A stretch of DNA of 64,000 nt from an uncultured Chloroflexia bacterium (lineage in GTDB: Bacteria > Chloroflexota > Limnocylindria > Limnocylindrales > CSP1-4): NCBI GenBank assembly GCA_963788235.1, contig CAWBFV010000008.1, positions 512,062 to 576,061 of the forward strand. Reading direction: 5' to 3'. Within the stretch, counting starts at the first letter, position 1. Each line of letters starts with the position of its first letter. Below, one piece after another: positions 1-10,230 of the stretch. The notes beneath the pieces were generated by a model. That model did no database searches and was not told the origin of the DNA. It saw only the letters and a program-made list of their open reading frames with translations. Made by a program: the position numbers and the translations under genes.

Positions 1-185
1 CGATTCGAAACCGCGTTGTATCCTGCGCCGCACTACGAACCGGTGCGCCCCGCAGACAGGGACTCCACATCGGCACCTGGGTCGCTGGGGCCCGGCTTCT
101 TCGCCAGACCTCGCTTTCCCGACCTCCGATGTGGCCGCCCGCCGCAGGTCGCACCCCGCCGACCAACGCGCCCCGGAGGAGCAAG

Positions 186-524
186 GTGACCTACGCTGAT
201 CGGACCCTCAACTGTGTCGACTGCGGCGTCGATTTCATCCATTCGGCTGCCGATCAGGAGTACTACGTGCAGAAGGGCTTCGCGTCCGACCCGAAGCGAT
301 GCACCAGCTGCCGCGCGAGCCGTCGTGCTGCTCGCGAGGGCGGCTACGACGTTCGTGACATCGGCGGACCGCGCGGCTACGAGCGCAGCGTCGATCGCCC
401 CGATCGCGAGTACTTCGCGGTCGTCTGCTCCTCGTGCGGGAACCAGGCGCAGGTGCCGTTCCGCCCGCGGATGGACCGACCGGTCTACTGCTCCGACTGC
501 TTCCGGACCGTCCGACCAGACTGA
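186..524 (+). CDS. Small zinc-ribbon protein with two CxxC...CxxC pairs
   Basis: In-frame GTG at 186 lies 5 nt after GGAGGAG (174-180). The protein has CVDC...CTSC and CSSC...CSDC motifs. The track ORF starts earlier, at 129. Confidence 0.6.
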   Translation: MTYADRTLNCVDCGVDFIHSAADQEYYVQKGFASDPKRCTSCRASRRAAREGGYDVRDIGGPRGYERSVDRPDREYFAVVCSSCGNQAQVPFRPRMDRPVYCSDCFRTVRPD

Positions 525-537
525 CCGCTAACCCGGG

Positions 538-1245
538 CTAGAGCCTGAAGACCTCGCCGGCGCGGAACCGCTCGCGCCGGCGCCCGTGCCAGACCGTCAC
601 GCGCGCGGCCCCGTAGACCTGCCAACCGCCGTCCCGACCGACGACCGCGGTGTCCTCGTCGATCCCGAAGACGACCGAGCCGCGCGGGGCCTGGAAGGCG
701 ATCAACGCCGAGAACGGCTCGGGCCACGCGTCGTAGTGCGGCACCACCGATAGCTCGGGCGCGAACCCGAGCCCCTTGCCCCAGCGAAGCGGGAACGGCA
801 TCAGCCGCATCCGGAAGTCGAAGGCATGTCCGGCGAGCGCCATCGCGCCGGCGGAGCACCCGACGAGGGCCGCCCCGCGCTCGTGCGCGTCCGTGAGCGC
901 CCGACCGACCGCCGTCCCGCCGAGCGACTCGAGAAGGTGGCTCGGCTTGCCGCCCGACAGGTAGACGAGGTCGGCCTCACCGACCGCCTGGGCCGCGGCG
1001 GCGTCATCGGCTCCCGCGCGGTCGCGCACCAGGACCGGCTCGACCTCGGCGCCGAGCCCTGAGAAATGGGCGACGCCCATGGCCGCCCAGCGCTGGAAGA
1101 CCGCCTCGCCATCGGGGTACGACGCCGTCGGCACGATCGCGACGCGCGGACGGCTGCGGCCGGTCGACTCGAGCAGGCTCGCGTCGAACTCCGACATCGA
1201 AGGGAGGAACTCTCCGGCGCCGACGAGCGCCACGGGTCCGGGCAT
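538..1245 (-). CDS. Peptidase S51 / cyanophycinase-like (class I glutamine amidotransferase-like fold)
   Basis: Motifs LVGAGEF, LYLSGGKP and GCSAGAMAL are typical of the S51 family. Internal ATG at 1245 chosen; the upstream part of the track ORF overlaps the divergent MFS gene. Confidence 0.6.
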   Translation of the reverse strand: MPGPVALVGAGEFLPSMSEFDASLLESTGRSRPRVAIVPTASYPDGEAVFQRWAAMGVAHFSGLGAEVEPVLVRDRAGADDAAAAQAVGEADLVYLSGGKPSHLLESLGGTAVGRALTDAHERGAALVGCSAGAMALAGHAFDFRMRLMPFPLRWGKGLGFAPELSVVPHYDAWPEPFSALIAFQAPRGSVVFGIDEDTAVVGRDGGWQVYGAARVTVWHGRRRERFRAGEVFRL

Positions 1246-1276
1246 CGCGGGAGAGTCTATCTGCGACACTGCGCGG

Positions 1277-2858
1277 ATGACGTCGCGCCAACGCTGGACC
1301 CTGGTCGCGACGGTCATCGGGTCCGGTGCCGTGTTCCTCGACGGCACCATCGTCAACGTCGCGCTGCCGCGCATCGGGCGCGAGCTGCCGGCCACGATGA
1401 TCGGTGTCCTCGAGGGCCAGACCTACATCGTCAGCGGCTACCTGGCGGTCCTCGCGGCCCTGCTGATCCTGGCCGGGGCCCTGTCGGATCGCTACGGTCG
1501 GCGGCGCGTCTACAGCATCGGCCTGGCGGGGTTCGCCCTGACCTCGGGGCTGTGCGGGCTCGCCCCGACGCTCGAGGCACTGGTCGTCTTCCGGCTGCTG
1601 CAGGGTGCCGCGGGATCGTTGATGGTCCCCGGTGCGTTGTCGATCATCACGCAGACGTTCGACGGGCCGGAGCGCGGCCGGGCGTTCGGGATCTGGACCG
1701 CGGCGACATCGGCGCTGGCGCTGATCGGCCCGGTCGCCGGCGGCCTGCTCGTCGACTCGATCGGCTGGCGGATCGCGTTCCTCGTCAACGTCCCGATCCT
1801 GGCCGTCGCGCTGGCGATCACGCTCCGCCACGTCGAGGAATCGCGCGACCTCGACGCCCGGCGTCGGTTCGATTGGCTGGGCTCGTTCGTCGCCGCGGTC
1901 GCCGTCGGTGGCCTGTCGTTCGGGGTGATCCGCGGCGGCGAGCGCGAGTGGCGCGACCCGGTCGCGTGGCTGGCGCTGGGCATCGGCGCGGTTGCGCTCG
2001 TCGCGTTCCCGATCCTGATGGCCACGCGGCGCGATCCGCTGGTGCCGCTGGGCCTCTTCCGGTCGCGGGCATTCTCCGCGATCAACATCGCCACGTTCTT
2101 CATCTACGGCGGGCTGTACGTGATGCTGAGCTACCTGAGCATCGTGCTCCAGGGTCCGCTCGGGTACACCGCGCTCGGGGCCGGGGCCTCCGTCCTGCCG
2201 ATCGGCCTGTGCCTGATCACGCTGTCCACGCGGATCGGCACGGTCGCGGGACGCGTGGGCGCCCGCAAGTTCCTGACGCTGGGACCGGCCCTGATGACGG
2301 CAGCGCTGCTGTGGTTCACGCGCCTCCCGGCGACATCCGAGCCGTGGCGGCCGAGCCTCGACCGGCTCGGTTCGCTGGTCCCGTCGGGCGGCTACCTGGT
2401 CGACGTGTTCCCGGCGATCCTGACGTTCGGGCTCGGGATCGCGTGCGTCGTGGCGCCGCTGACCAGCACGCTGATGGGCTCGATCCCGGCCCGATTCTCC
2501 GGGCTCGGGTCGGCGATCAACAACGCGATCGCGAGGGTCGGCCAGCCGCTGCTCGGGGCGATCATCTTCGTCGCGATCAGCGCGACCTTCTACGCCCAGC
2601 TCGTCGACGCTGGCGCCCGGTCTGGACGTGTCCTCCGAGACGGTTCGGGCCGCGTTCCCGCCGCTCAACCCGCCGCGCGCCGGGGCGTCACCCGACCAGG
2701 TCGTGGCCGCGGCGCGCGCGTCGATCGAGGCATTCCATCTGGCGATGTTCGTCGGGGCCGCGCTCGTCGCGACCGGCGCGGCCGTGTCGTGGTTCGGGCT
2801 GCGCGAAACCGATGCGCGATCGAGCCCGGCCGAAGCGGATCAGACCGTCGCGGCCTGA
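1277..2858 (+). pseudogene. MFS transporter (DHA2/EmrB-QacA-like, multi-TM), reading frame broken near 2609
   Basis: The N-terminal roughly 445 aa read from ATG 1277. After FYAQLVD the frame turns to Arg/Gly-rich nonsense. The last TM helix and C-terminus (APGLDVSSETVRAAF...SWFGLRE) continue in the next frame and end at TGA 2856-2858. Behaves as a 1-nt insertion. Confidence 0.75.
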
Positions 2859-3607
2859 TGTCGCGCGACTGGGACGCCCGGACGTACGACCGGGTCGCCG
2901 ATCCGCAGACGCGCTGGGGCGCGACCGTCCTCGACCGACTCCCGCTGACCGGCGACGAGCGCGTGCTGGACGCCGGCTGTGGGAGCGGCCGCGTCACCGA
3001 GCTGCTCGCCGATCGACTGCCGAACGGCCGGATCGTGGCGCTCGACGGATCGGCCTCGATGATCGACGCGGCGCGCGAGCGACTGGCCCGGTTCGGCGAC
3101 CGGATCGAGTACGTCGTCGCCGACCTGGGGCAGCCGCTGCCGATCGATGGCCAGGTGGACGCCGTGCTGTCGACCGCGGTGTTCCACTGGGTGCCCGATC
3201 ACGACGCGCTGTTCCGGAATCTCGCGGCGGTGACCGCGCCCGGTGGCTGGCTCATCGCCCAATGCGGTGGCGCCGGGAACATCGCACGGGTGATGGCCGT
3301 GCTGGGACGGACCGGCGATGGCTGGCTCGGTGACAAGTACTTCGCGACGCCGCTCGACACGACCCGTCGCCTCGACGCCGCGGGGTACGTCGACATCGAG
3401 TGCTGGCTGACTGACGAGCCGACCTGGTTCGATCGTGGCGAACCGTTCGAGACCTTCCTCCGAACGGTCATCCTCGGGGCGCACCTCGAGCGCCTGCCGG
3501 CGGACCAGCGTGACGGGTTCGTCCACACGGTCGCCGAGGCGCTCGACGAGCCGATGATCGACTACGTCCGGCTGAACATCAGCGCGCGACGAGCCGCGCC
3601 CCGCTGA
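2858..3607 (+). CDS. Class I SAM-dependent methyltransferase (trans-aconitate methyltransferase-like)
   Basis: MSRDWDARTYDR... with the SAM motif VLDAGCGSGRVT. The ATG overlaps the MFS stop (TGATG at 2856-2860). Confidence 0.8.
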   Translation: MSRDWDARTYDRVADPQTRWGATVLDRLPLTGDERVLDAGCGSGRVTELLADRLPNGRIVALDGSASMIDAARERLARFGDRIEYVVADLGQPLPIDGQVDAVLSTAVFHWVPDHDALFRNLAAVTAPGGWLIAQCGGAGNIARVMAVLGRTGDGWLGDKYFATPLDTTRRLDAAGYVDIECWLTDEPTWFDRGEPFETFLRTVILGAHLERLPADQRDGFVHTVAEALDEPMIDYVRLNISARRAAPR

Positions 3608-3637
3608 GCCTTCCCGCGGAGCTGGCGCTCCAGCCCC

Positions 3638-4186
3638 TCAGCGCGTGACCCGGAACGAGGCGCCGTGCCCGGGGATCACGACGTCGGCGACCGCGAGCAC
3701 CCTGGCGCGGCCTTCCTCGAGCGCGGTCTGGTCATCGGCGACTGGGTCGATCTCCGGCCCGCGGTCGGCGTGCCACCACAGGTGCGTCATGGCGTACACG
3801 CCGTCGTCCGCCTCGACGATGAGCGTCGCGTCCTCCAGCGTATGCCCCGGCGTCAGCCAGAGCTGCGACTTCGGCGACAGCCGGTAGCCGTCGCCGGGCA
3901 TGTCGAGCCACAGGTCGTCGATGTAGCGCGCCCAGAAGTCGACGACCTCGGCGTTCTGGAAGAGCGCGACGTTCATCGTGTGGTCGGGGTGGTGGTGGCT
4001 GAGAAAGACGTGCGTGACTGCCTCCGGATCGACGCCGAGCTCGCGGAGCGGGTCGAGGATCAGCCCGCGCCGCGCGACCATCCCGGGATCGACCACGATC
4101 AGCGCGTCGCCATCGCGCACGAGCGCGACCGAGGACGCCGTGCGTTCGCCCGAGTAGCCGGCGTGAAGCAGGTGGACCGAGGTCAT
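3638..4186 (-). CDS. MBL-fold metallo-hydrolase
   Basis: HHHPDH metal motif and a downstream GHT motif. ATG at 4186 (MTSVHLLHAGY). Confidence 0.8.
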   Translation of the reverse strand: MTSVHLLHAGYSGERTASSVALVRDGDALIVVDPGMVARRGLILDPLRELGVDPEAVTHVFLSHHHPDHTMNVALFQNAEVVDFWARYIDDLWLDMPGDGYRLSPKSQLWLTPGHTLEDATLIVEADDGVYAMTHLWWHADRGPEIDPVADDQTALEEGRARVLAVADVVIPGHGASFRVTR

Positions 4187-4263
4187 GTCGCGGCCGATGC
4201 TACGTCGTCGCGTGCTGCGGGATGCGACCGAAGCGCCCAGCGCGACACTGCAAGACTCGCCCG

Positions 4264-5928
4264 ATGACCTCCCCCGATACGAACCAGCCTGCGGATCTCC
4301 TCCTGCGCGGCGGACGGATCGCGACCATGGACGCAGCACGATCGTGGGCGAGCGCGCTCGCCGTCCGCGGCGGGCGCATCATCGCTGTCGGCCCGGACGC
4401 CGCGGTGGCGGCCCTGATCGGGCCGCGGACTCGCGTCATCGAGCTGCGCGGCCGAACCGTCACGCCCGGGTTCCAGGACGCCCATGTCCACCCCGTCCAC
4501 GGCGGGCTGGGGATGCTCCGCTGCGACCTCCACGAGGACCGGCAATCGGGGCCGGGGTATGACCGGATCGAGGCGTACGCCCGGTCCCATCCCGACGAAC
4601 CGTGGATCCGCGGCGGTGGCTGGTACATGGCCGCGTTCGAGGGCGGCACCCCGCGCCGGGAGGACCTCGATCGCATCGTCCCGGATCGGCCGGCCTTCCT
4701 GACCAACCGCGACGGCCATGGTGCGTGGGTCAACTCGAAGGCCCTCGAGCTTGCCGGCATCACCGCAGACACCCTGGACCCGAGCGACGGCCGGATCGAG
4801 CGCGACCCGGATGGCACGCCCTCCGGCACGCTCCATGAGGGCGCGATGGATCTGGTCCGGCGACTGCTCCCGGACGACACGCCGGCCGAGCTGGAAGAAG
4901 CGCTCCGACTTGGCCAGCGCCATCTGCACTCGTTCGGGATCACCGCCTGGCAGGACGCGATCGTGGAGTCGCACAGCGAGGAACGGGCGTACGTCGGGCT
5001 GGCGAGTCGCGACGAATTGACGGCCCGAGTGGTCGGAGCGATGTGGTGGGAGCACCATCGCGGCGCCGAACAGATCGAGGAATTCGTCGAGCGACGGGCG
5101 GCTACGTCGATGGGGCGCTACCGGGCGACCAGCGTGAAGCTGATGATGGACGGCGTCCTCGAGAACTTCACCGGCGCGATGCTGGAGCCCTACCTCGATC
5201 GACACGGCGGTGTCACCGACAACCGGGGCCTGCTCCAGATCGACCCCGACGGCCTGGCGGACTGGGTCCCGCAGCTGGATGCGCTCGGCTTCCAGCCGCA
5301 CTTCCACGCGATCGGCGACCGCGCCGTACGGGCCTCGCTGGATGCGGTCGAGGCTGCTCGCCGAGCGAACGGGCCGTCCGACACGCGTCCGCACATCGCC
5401 CACATCCAGGTCATCCATCCTGACGATATCGGCCGCTTCCGCCAGCTGAACGTCGCGGCCAACGCACAGCCGCTGTGGGCCGCGCACGAGGACCAGATGG
5501 ACGTCCTGACCATCCCGTTCATCGGCGAGCGATGGCGGTGGCAGTACCCGTTTCGATCGCTGCGCGCGGCTGGCGCCGTCGTGGCGATGGGCTCGGATTG
5601 GAGCGTCTCGAGCCCGAACCCGCTCTGGGAGATGCACATCGCCGTCGAGCGGAAGAACCCGGTCGAGTACGCCCCGCGGTCCGACGTCTTCCTGCCCGAC
5701 GAACGGCTCGACCTTATCGACTCGCTTGCCGGGTTCACCTGCAACGCGGCCTACGTCAACCATCTCGACGAGGAGACCGGCTCGATCGAGGTCGGCAAGC
5801 TCGCCGACCTGGCCGTGCTCGATCGCGACCTGTTCGACCGGGGCGCCGGCCGGATCGGCGATACGAGGGCGGTCGGCACGTTCGTCGACGGGGTGCCGGT
5901 GTACGAGGACGCGGCGCTGGATGCCTGA
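4264..5928 (+). CDS. Amidohydrolase family protein (amidohydrolase_3 / YtcJ-like)
   Basis: N-terminus ADLLLRGGRIATMD...PGFQDAHVHP and C-terminus GSIEVGKLADLAVLD are typical of this family. The start could also be ATG 4222. Confidence 0.8.
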   Translation: MTSPDTNQPADLLLRGGRIATMDAARSWASALAVRGGRIIAVGPDAAVAALIGPRTRVIELRGRTVTPGFQDAHVHPVHGGLGMLRCDLHEDRQSGPGYDRIEAYARSHPDEPWIRGGGWYMAAFEGGTPRREDLDRIVPDRPAFLTNRDGHGAWVNSKALELAGITADTLDPSDGRIERDPDGTPSGTLHEGAMDLVRRLLPDDTPAELEEALRLGQRHLHSFGITAWQDAIVESHSEERAYVGLASRDELTARVVGAMWWEHHRGAEQIEEFVERRAATSMGRYRATSVKLMMDGVLENFTGAMLEPYLDRHGGVTDNRGLLQIDPDGLADWVPQLDALGFQPHFHAIGDRAVRASLDAVEAARRANGPSDTRPHIAHIQVIHPDDIGRFRQLNVAANAQPLWAAHEDQMDVLTIPFIGERWRWQYPFRSLRAAGAVVAMGSDWSVSSPNPLWEMHIAVERKNPVEYAPRSDVFLPDERLDLIDSLAGFTCNAAYVNHLDEETGSIEVGKLADLAVLDRDLFDRGAGRIGDTRAVGTFVDGVPVYEDAALDA

Positions 5929-6051
5929 CCGACGCATGGACGGATGACGATGTCGATTCGGCATCGAACGTCGGTGGTGGCGGGGTAGGCCCGCGGCGAT
6001 GCTCCTGTTGCGCACCGGAAGTACCGGGGACGCAGAAAGGAGCGATCAGCA

Positions 6052-6222
6052 GTGAACGCACTCGCAACGTTGTATGTGAACCAGCACCTGCAGGACATGC
6101 TCGACGAGGCAGCTCGAGACCGAGTTCGCCGAGCCAGCAAGGTGGCCCGCCCCTCGCGGATCGCATCCGTCCTGTCGTCCCTCCGCCAGGCCGTGAGCCG
6201 GCGCCCGGCCTTCGCAGGCTGA
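6052..6222 (+). CDS. Small basic hypothetical protein (56 aa)
   Basis: GTG at 6052 lies 9 nt after AAAGGAG (6037-6043). Translation is VNALATLYVNQHLQDMLDEAARDRVRRASK.... A strong hairpin follows. It is absent from the ORF track because it is under 60 aa. Confidence 0.35.
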   Translation: MNALATLYVNQHLQDMLDEAARDRVRRASKVARPSRIASVLSSLRQAVSRRPAFAG

Positions 6223-6294
6223 CCGGTCCGCGCCAGACGATCTCGTACCAACGAGGCTGAGGCCCTCCTCCTCTCGGCTTCGTCGCACTCCCGT

Positions 6295-6325
6295 GACGAC
6301 CCCCGTTCCGCCGACGGGGGTCGTC
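6295..6325. terminator. Perfect 12-bp stem hairpin between convergent genes (candidate bidirectional terminator)
   Basis: GACGACCCCCGT-TCCGCCG-ACGGGGGTCGTC. It lies between the small ORF (+) and mobA (-). Confidence 0.5.
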
Positions 6326-6335
6326 GCATGTCCGG

Positions 6336-6929
6336 CTAGCCCGGCAGGTCGCTCGGGACGTCGACGTCGCGCAGCGTCTCCCCGGTTGGATCGTCGAGGC
6401 GCCAGACGGCCGGGCGGATCACGCGGACGTCGAGCTCGCCGAGCAACGCTCGGAGACGACGTTCGCCCCCTGCCAGGAGTCGGTCGGCGGCGGCCCGAGC
6501 GGCGACGGATCGGGCAGCAATGGGCAGTGGTCGCGGACCCGCGTCGTCGGCGAGGACCGCTACCTCGTGCCCGTCGAGCGCGTCGAGCAGCCGGGCCAGG
6601 ACCGCGGGCACCAGCGCCGGCATGTCGCCGCCCACGACGAGGACCCATTCGATGGCCGGATCGACCGCGGCGAGGCCCGTCGCGAGACCGGCGAGCGGGC
6701 CGTCGAATGGTCGCGCGTCGCGCACCACGCGGACGTCGGCGGGCACGTCGCGCGCATCGTCAGGCGCCACCACCACGATCACGTCGCTGGTGAGACCGCG
6801 CACCGCGTCGATCGCCAGGTCGAGCATCGGCCGTCCATCGACCGGCTCCGCGAGCTTGTCCCGACCGAAGCGCGACGATCGCCCGCCGGCCAGGACGATC
6901 GCCCCGACGCGGTCCGCCGGGGGCGTCAT
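6336..6929 (-). CDS. mobA: Molybdenum cofactor guanylyltransferase
   Basis: GAIVLAGGRSSRFGRDKL N-terminal signature. The ATG overlaps the selB stop (ATGA at 6926-6929). Confidence 0.85.
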   Translation of the reverse strand: MTPPADRVGAIVLAGGRSSRFGRDKLAEPVDGRPMLDLAIDAVRGLTSDVIVVVAPDDARDVPADVRVVRDARPFDGPLAGLATGLAAVDPAIEWVLVVGGDMPALVPAVLARLLDALDGHEVAVLADDAGPRPLPIAARSVAARAAADRLLAGGERRLRALLGELDVRVIRPAVWRLDDPTGETLRDVDVPSDLPG

Positions 6930-8692
6930 CGACCGACAGCGGCCGGTGCCTTCGCGCCCGGCACGTGACCGGCCGGCGTGCGCCGCAGGATCGCGCGGCG
7001 GTCGAGGTCCGCGAGGATCGCCATCACGTACTTGCGGCTCGTGCCGGTCGCGTCGCGCAACGCGGCCGGCGTCAGCGGGTCGCGCGCAGCGAGCTCGAGC
7101 GCCGTCGCGGCGAAGTCACGGTACGTGGATGTCGCGTAGGCGAGGTCGTCGTCGAGGACGACGATCCGCCCGTCGCGCTCGAGCTGGCGAACCCCCGCGG
7201 TCGGACAACCGGCGGCCCGTGCGGCATCCGTCAGGGACGGCGGCGTCGGCACGGACAGGAGGGCCTCCACGCGGTCCATCGCCGCGACCGTCGCCGGGTC
7301 CGCGGCCGGTGCCGCGATGCCGGGTGCCTGCAGCACGTCGCCGTCACGGGTGAGGCGACTGTCGGCAACGACCCGGTCCAGCACGACACCGGCTGCCGCG
7401 AGCGCCTCGTCCCGTCGGACGGTGGCCGCGCGTCGCAGGGTCAGCGCGACCGACGTCCGGACCGCCGACGACGTCGCGCCCCCGCCGACCGCCTCGATCG
7501 CCGCGGTCTCGGCAGCGCCCGCGACATCGCTCGCCAGCTCGCCCCCGAGGATCCCGTGCAGGTCGAGGCGCGCCCCCGGCCGGGGATCGATCAACGCCCC
7601 CACACGCTCCGGCGTCTGGCGCCGACGCGACAGGCCGCGGGGTGGCAGGGGGTCAAGCACGAGCCCACCGATCGGCAGGACCGGTGCCCCGCGGCGCAGC
7701 ACGAATCGGTCGCCGGCCCGCAGCGCGATCGGCTGCGCGAGGCGAATGATCCCGGCGACACGGCCGTCGGGCAGCGAGATCGCGTCCCGCCCGGCACGAC
7801 CGACGACCGCATCGACCGCGGCGGTCCCCGCGTGCACCCGACCGGCCGCTCGATCCGCGACGACCCCGTCGAACGCCACCAGGACGCGGTCGGTGGCCGT
7901 GACCTCGGGGTCGACGGTGAGGACCATCCCGCGGTGGAGCGCGGCGCGCTCGACGCCCCCGAGGTTGAGCGCGGTCCGACCGCCGCGCTCGACTCGCTCG
8001 ACCGGGGACCCGTGGACCTGGATCTCGCGGATCCGCGCCCGGCTGCCGTCGCTCGGGATGAGGCCGAGCGTGTCGCCGCGCGCCAGCGGACCACCGCGCA
8101 GCGTGCCGGTGACCACGACGCCGCGGCCCTTCGCCGTGAAGACCCGGTCGATCGCGAGTGTGGCGGGGCGATCCGGCAGCCGCACCTGGTCCCGCAGCAC
8201 CAGCACGGCATCGCGGACCGCCTCGACGCCGGCTCCGGTCAGGCTCGAGACGGCAAGGATCGGGGAACCGGCAAGCACCGTGGCGGCGAGCATCGTCTCG
8301 ACCTGGTCGCGGACGGCGCGGACGCGCTCCGCGCCGACGGCGTCGACCTTGGTGATGACCACGATGCCGATCCCGATCGCGAGCGCGTCGAGCAGCGCGA
8401 GATGCTCATGCGTCTGCGCGCGCGGGCCGTCGTCGGCGGCGACGGCGAGCATCACCGCATCGATCTCGCCCGCTCCGACGAGCATGTTGCCGACCAGCTT
8501 GTCGTGACCGGGGACGTCGACGAAATCGATCGATGTGCCGTCCTCGAGATCGAGATGCGCGTAGCCGACGTCGATCGTCATGCCGCGCCGCTGCTCTTCG
8601 GGCAGGCGATCGGCATCGATGCCGGTCAAGGCGTGGAGCAGCCGCGTCTTGCCGTGGTCGATGTGGCCGGCCGTGCCGACGACGACCGTCAC
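6926..8692 (-). CDS. selB: Selenocysteine-specific translation elongation factor
   Basis: [12 protein letters not shown]1 motif, DVPGH, and long C-terminal winged-helix-type domains. GTG at 8692 overlaps the selA stop (GTGA). Confidence 0.9.
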   Translation of the reverse strand: MTVVVGTAGHIDHGKTRLLHALTGIDADRLPEEQRRGMTIDVGYAHLDLEDGTSIDFVDVPGHDKLVGNMLVGAGEIDAVMLAVAADDGPRAQTHEHLALLDALAIGIGIVVITKVDAVGAERVRAVRDQVETMLAATVLAGSPILAVSSLTGAGVEAVRDAVLVLRDQVRLPDRPATLAIDRVFTAKGRGVVVTGTLRGGPLARGDTLGLIPSDGSRARIREIQVHGSPVERVERGGRTALNLGGVERAALHRGMVLTVDPEVTATDRVLVAFDGVVADRAAGRVHAGTAAVDAVVGRAGRDAISLPDGRVAGIIRLAQPIALRAGDRFVLRRGAPVLPIGGLVLDPLPPRGLSRRRQTPERVGALIDPRPGARLDLHGILGGELASDVAGAAETAAIEAVGGGATSSAVRTSVALTLRRAATVRRDEALAAAGVVLDRVVADSRLTRDGDVLQAPGIAAPAADPATVAAMDRVEALLSVPTPPSLTDAARAAGCPTAGVRQLERDGRIVVLDDDLAYATSTYRDFAATALELAARDPLTPAALRDATGTSRKYVMAILADLDRRAILRRTPAGHVPGAKAPAAVGR

Positions 8693-10057
8693 GCGACGCT
8701 CGCAAGCGCAGCCGTGACCGCGGCCGCGACACTGGCATCGGCGCCGGGATCGACCGTCCGTAGGTCGAGCACCACGCGTCCGTCCTCGATGCGGCCGATG
8801 ACCGCGGGCTGTCCCGCGCGCAAGGCGGCAAGGAGCCTCGTCGCGGACCGCGCCGACAGGCCCACGCCGGCCGACGGCAGCGTCTCGCCGGGGAGCGAGC
8901 CACCACCGACGGTCGCCTCGAGATCGACGGCGTCCGCGTCCGCACCGATCGCCCGCGCGACCGCATTCGCCCGAGCCTGTACGCCGGCGAGTGGGGCCGC
9001 GATCATCCGCCAGATCGGGATGTCGAGGACCGCGCGCCCGGATCGGTACAACCCGAGGGTGAGCGCGACACCGGCCATGCGTCGCCTTGTCGGGCCGCAT
9101 CGCTCGTGCCAGCGGGTCACGACGCATCCGCGCGACGAGGTCCGCGCGACCGACGACCAGCCCTGCTTGCGGCCCCCCGACGAGCTTGTCGCCGCTGAAC
9201 GTCACGAGGTCCGAACCCGACGCCAATCGCTCCGCCGGCATCGGCTCGTGCGACAGGCCGTAGGCCGCGGTGTCGAGCAGCGCGCCGGAGCCGAGATCGT
9301 CGATCACGAACGCGTCCTGGCGATGGGCCAGGTCGGCCACCTCCGCTGGATCCGGGGCCTCGGTGAACCCGGTCATCGCGAAGTTCGAAGGGTGGACGCG
9401 GAGGACGGCGCGAGCGCGGCCGTCCGCCAACGGCGCCTCGAAGTCCTTTGCGCGCGTTCGATTGGTGGTCCCGACCTCGACCAGCCGCGCCCCGGCGCGC
9501 CGGATGATCTCGGGGATGCGGACGCCGCCGCCGATCTCGACCAGCTCGCCGCGCGACACGACGATCCCGCCGCGTCCGACCAGGCCGACCGCCAGCGCGA
9601 GCGCCGCGGCGTTGTTGTTGGTCACGAACGCATCCTCGGCGCCGGTCAGTGCCACCAGGTGGTCCTCGGCGACGCGCGCGCGCTGGCCGCGTCGGCCGCT
9701 CGACCGATCCATCTCCAGCAGCGCGTAGTCGCTCGCGACGGCAGCGACGGCCGCCGCGACCGCCAACGGCCAGGGCGCTCGCCCGAGATTGGTATGGATC
9801 AGCACACCGGTCGCGTTGATCACCGCGGGCAGCCCTGTCGTGTCGAACGCCTGGATCCGGCCCCGCGCCTGGTCGGCGAGCGCCGCCGCATCGCGCGGTT
9901 CGGCGCCGTCGCGGATCCGTGCTCGCTCCTCGTCCACGACGCGCCGAACGACCTCCGTCAGCGCCGGGGCATCCGACCCATCGACGCTCGGTCGAAGCCG
10001 GCGCAGCACGGCGTCGACGCTGGGCGGACGAGGACGTGCGACCGGTTTCGACGACAT
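8689..10057 (-). pseudogene. selA: L-seryl-tRNA(Sec) selenium transferase, reading frame broken near 9079
   Basis: N-terminus reads from ATG 10057, preceded by GGAGG, and includes FSGDKLVGGPQAG (PLP lysine). After ...RPDKAT the conserved continuation MAGVALTLGLYRSG...GGGSLPG...IGRIEDGRVVLDLRTV is in the next frame (track ORF 8689..9120). Confidence 0.9.
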
Positions 10058-10067
10058 CGGGCCTCCG

Positions 10068-10164
10068 TGGCGGGAACGCGTGGGAGTCGAACCCACCACG
10101 CCGCGCCGAGCGCGGCGCCACCGATTTTGAAGACCGGGGGACCCACCGGGGCCCATCCATTCCC
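10068..10164 (-). tRNA. selC: tRNA-Sec (anticodon UCA)
   Basis: 97-nt reverse complement GGGAATGG...CTTCAAA...GGTTCGACTCC...CGTTCCCGCCA. It shows a 6-bp D stem with a 4-nt loop, anticodon loop CUUCAAA, a long GC-rich variable arm, a T arm and an encoded CCA. Confidence 0.9.
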
Positions 10165-10230
10165 GGAGCGATGGTAATGCGCTCGGCCCTGACTCGGCCC
10201 GCACGGCGGCGGGCAACCTATCATCGGCGG

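Noticed and set aside
1-45. tRNA-like TTCGAAA sequence at the window start
   Set aside because: The flanking bases do not form a T stem or acceptor stem on either strand, and the element is cut by the window edge. Not supportable.
1004-2668. Long antisense ORFs opposite real genes (for example 1004..2668-, 4183..6015-, 6965..10177+, 23269..25089-, 25946..27412-, 36720..38705+, 56035..57597+, 57164..59242+, and 59425..61893 of the xylA-frame ORF)
   Set aside because: Their translations are low-complexity and rich in Arg, Pro, Gly and Asp, with no recognisable motifs. Each lies opposite a gene with clear family signatures. They are typical shadow ORFs of roughly 70% GC DNA.
1079-3607. 842-aa ORF suggesting an MFS transporter-methyltransferase fusion
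   Set aside because: After about 2609 the frame is nonsense until the methyltransferase ATG at 2858. The true MFS C-terminus is in the neighbouring frame and stops at 2858.
6926-10216. 1096-aa ORF that looks like a SelA-SelB fusion protein
   Set aside because: The middle roughly 150 aa are Arg/Gly-rich nonsense. The genuine SelA C-terminus is in another frame (8689..9120), and SelB has its own GTG start at 8692. The long ORF exists only because of a frame break near 9079 and the scarcity of stop codons in GC-rich DNA.
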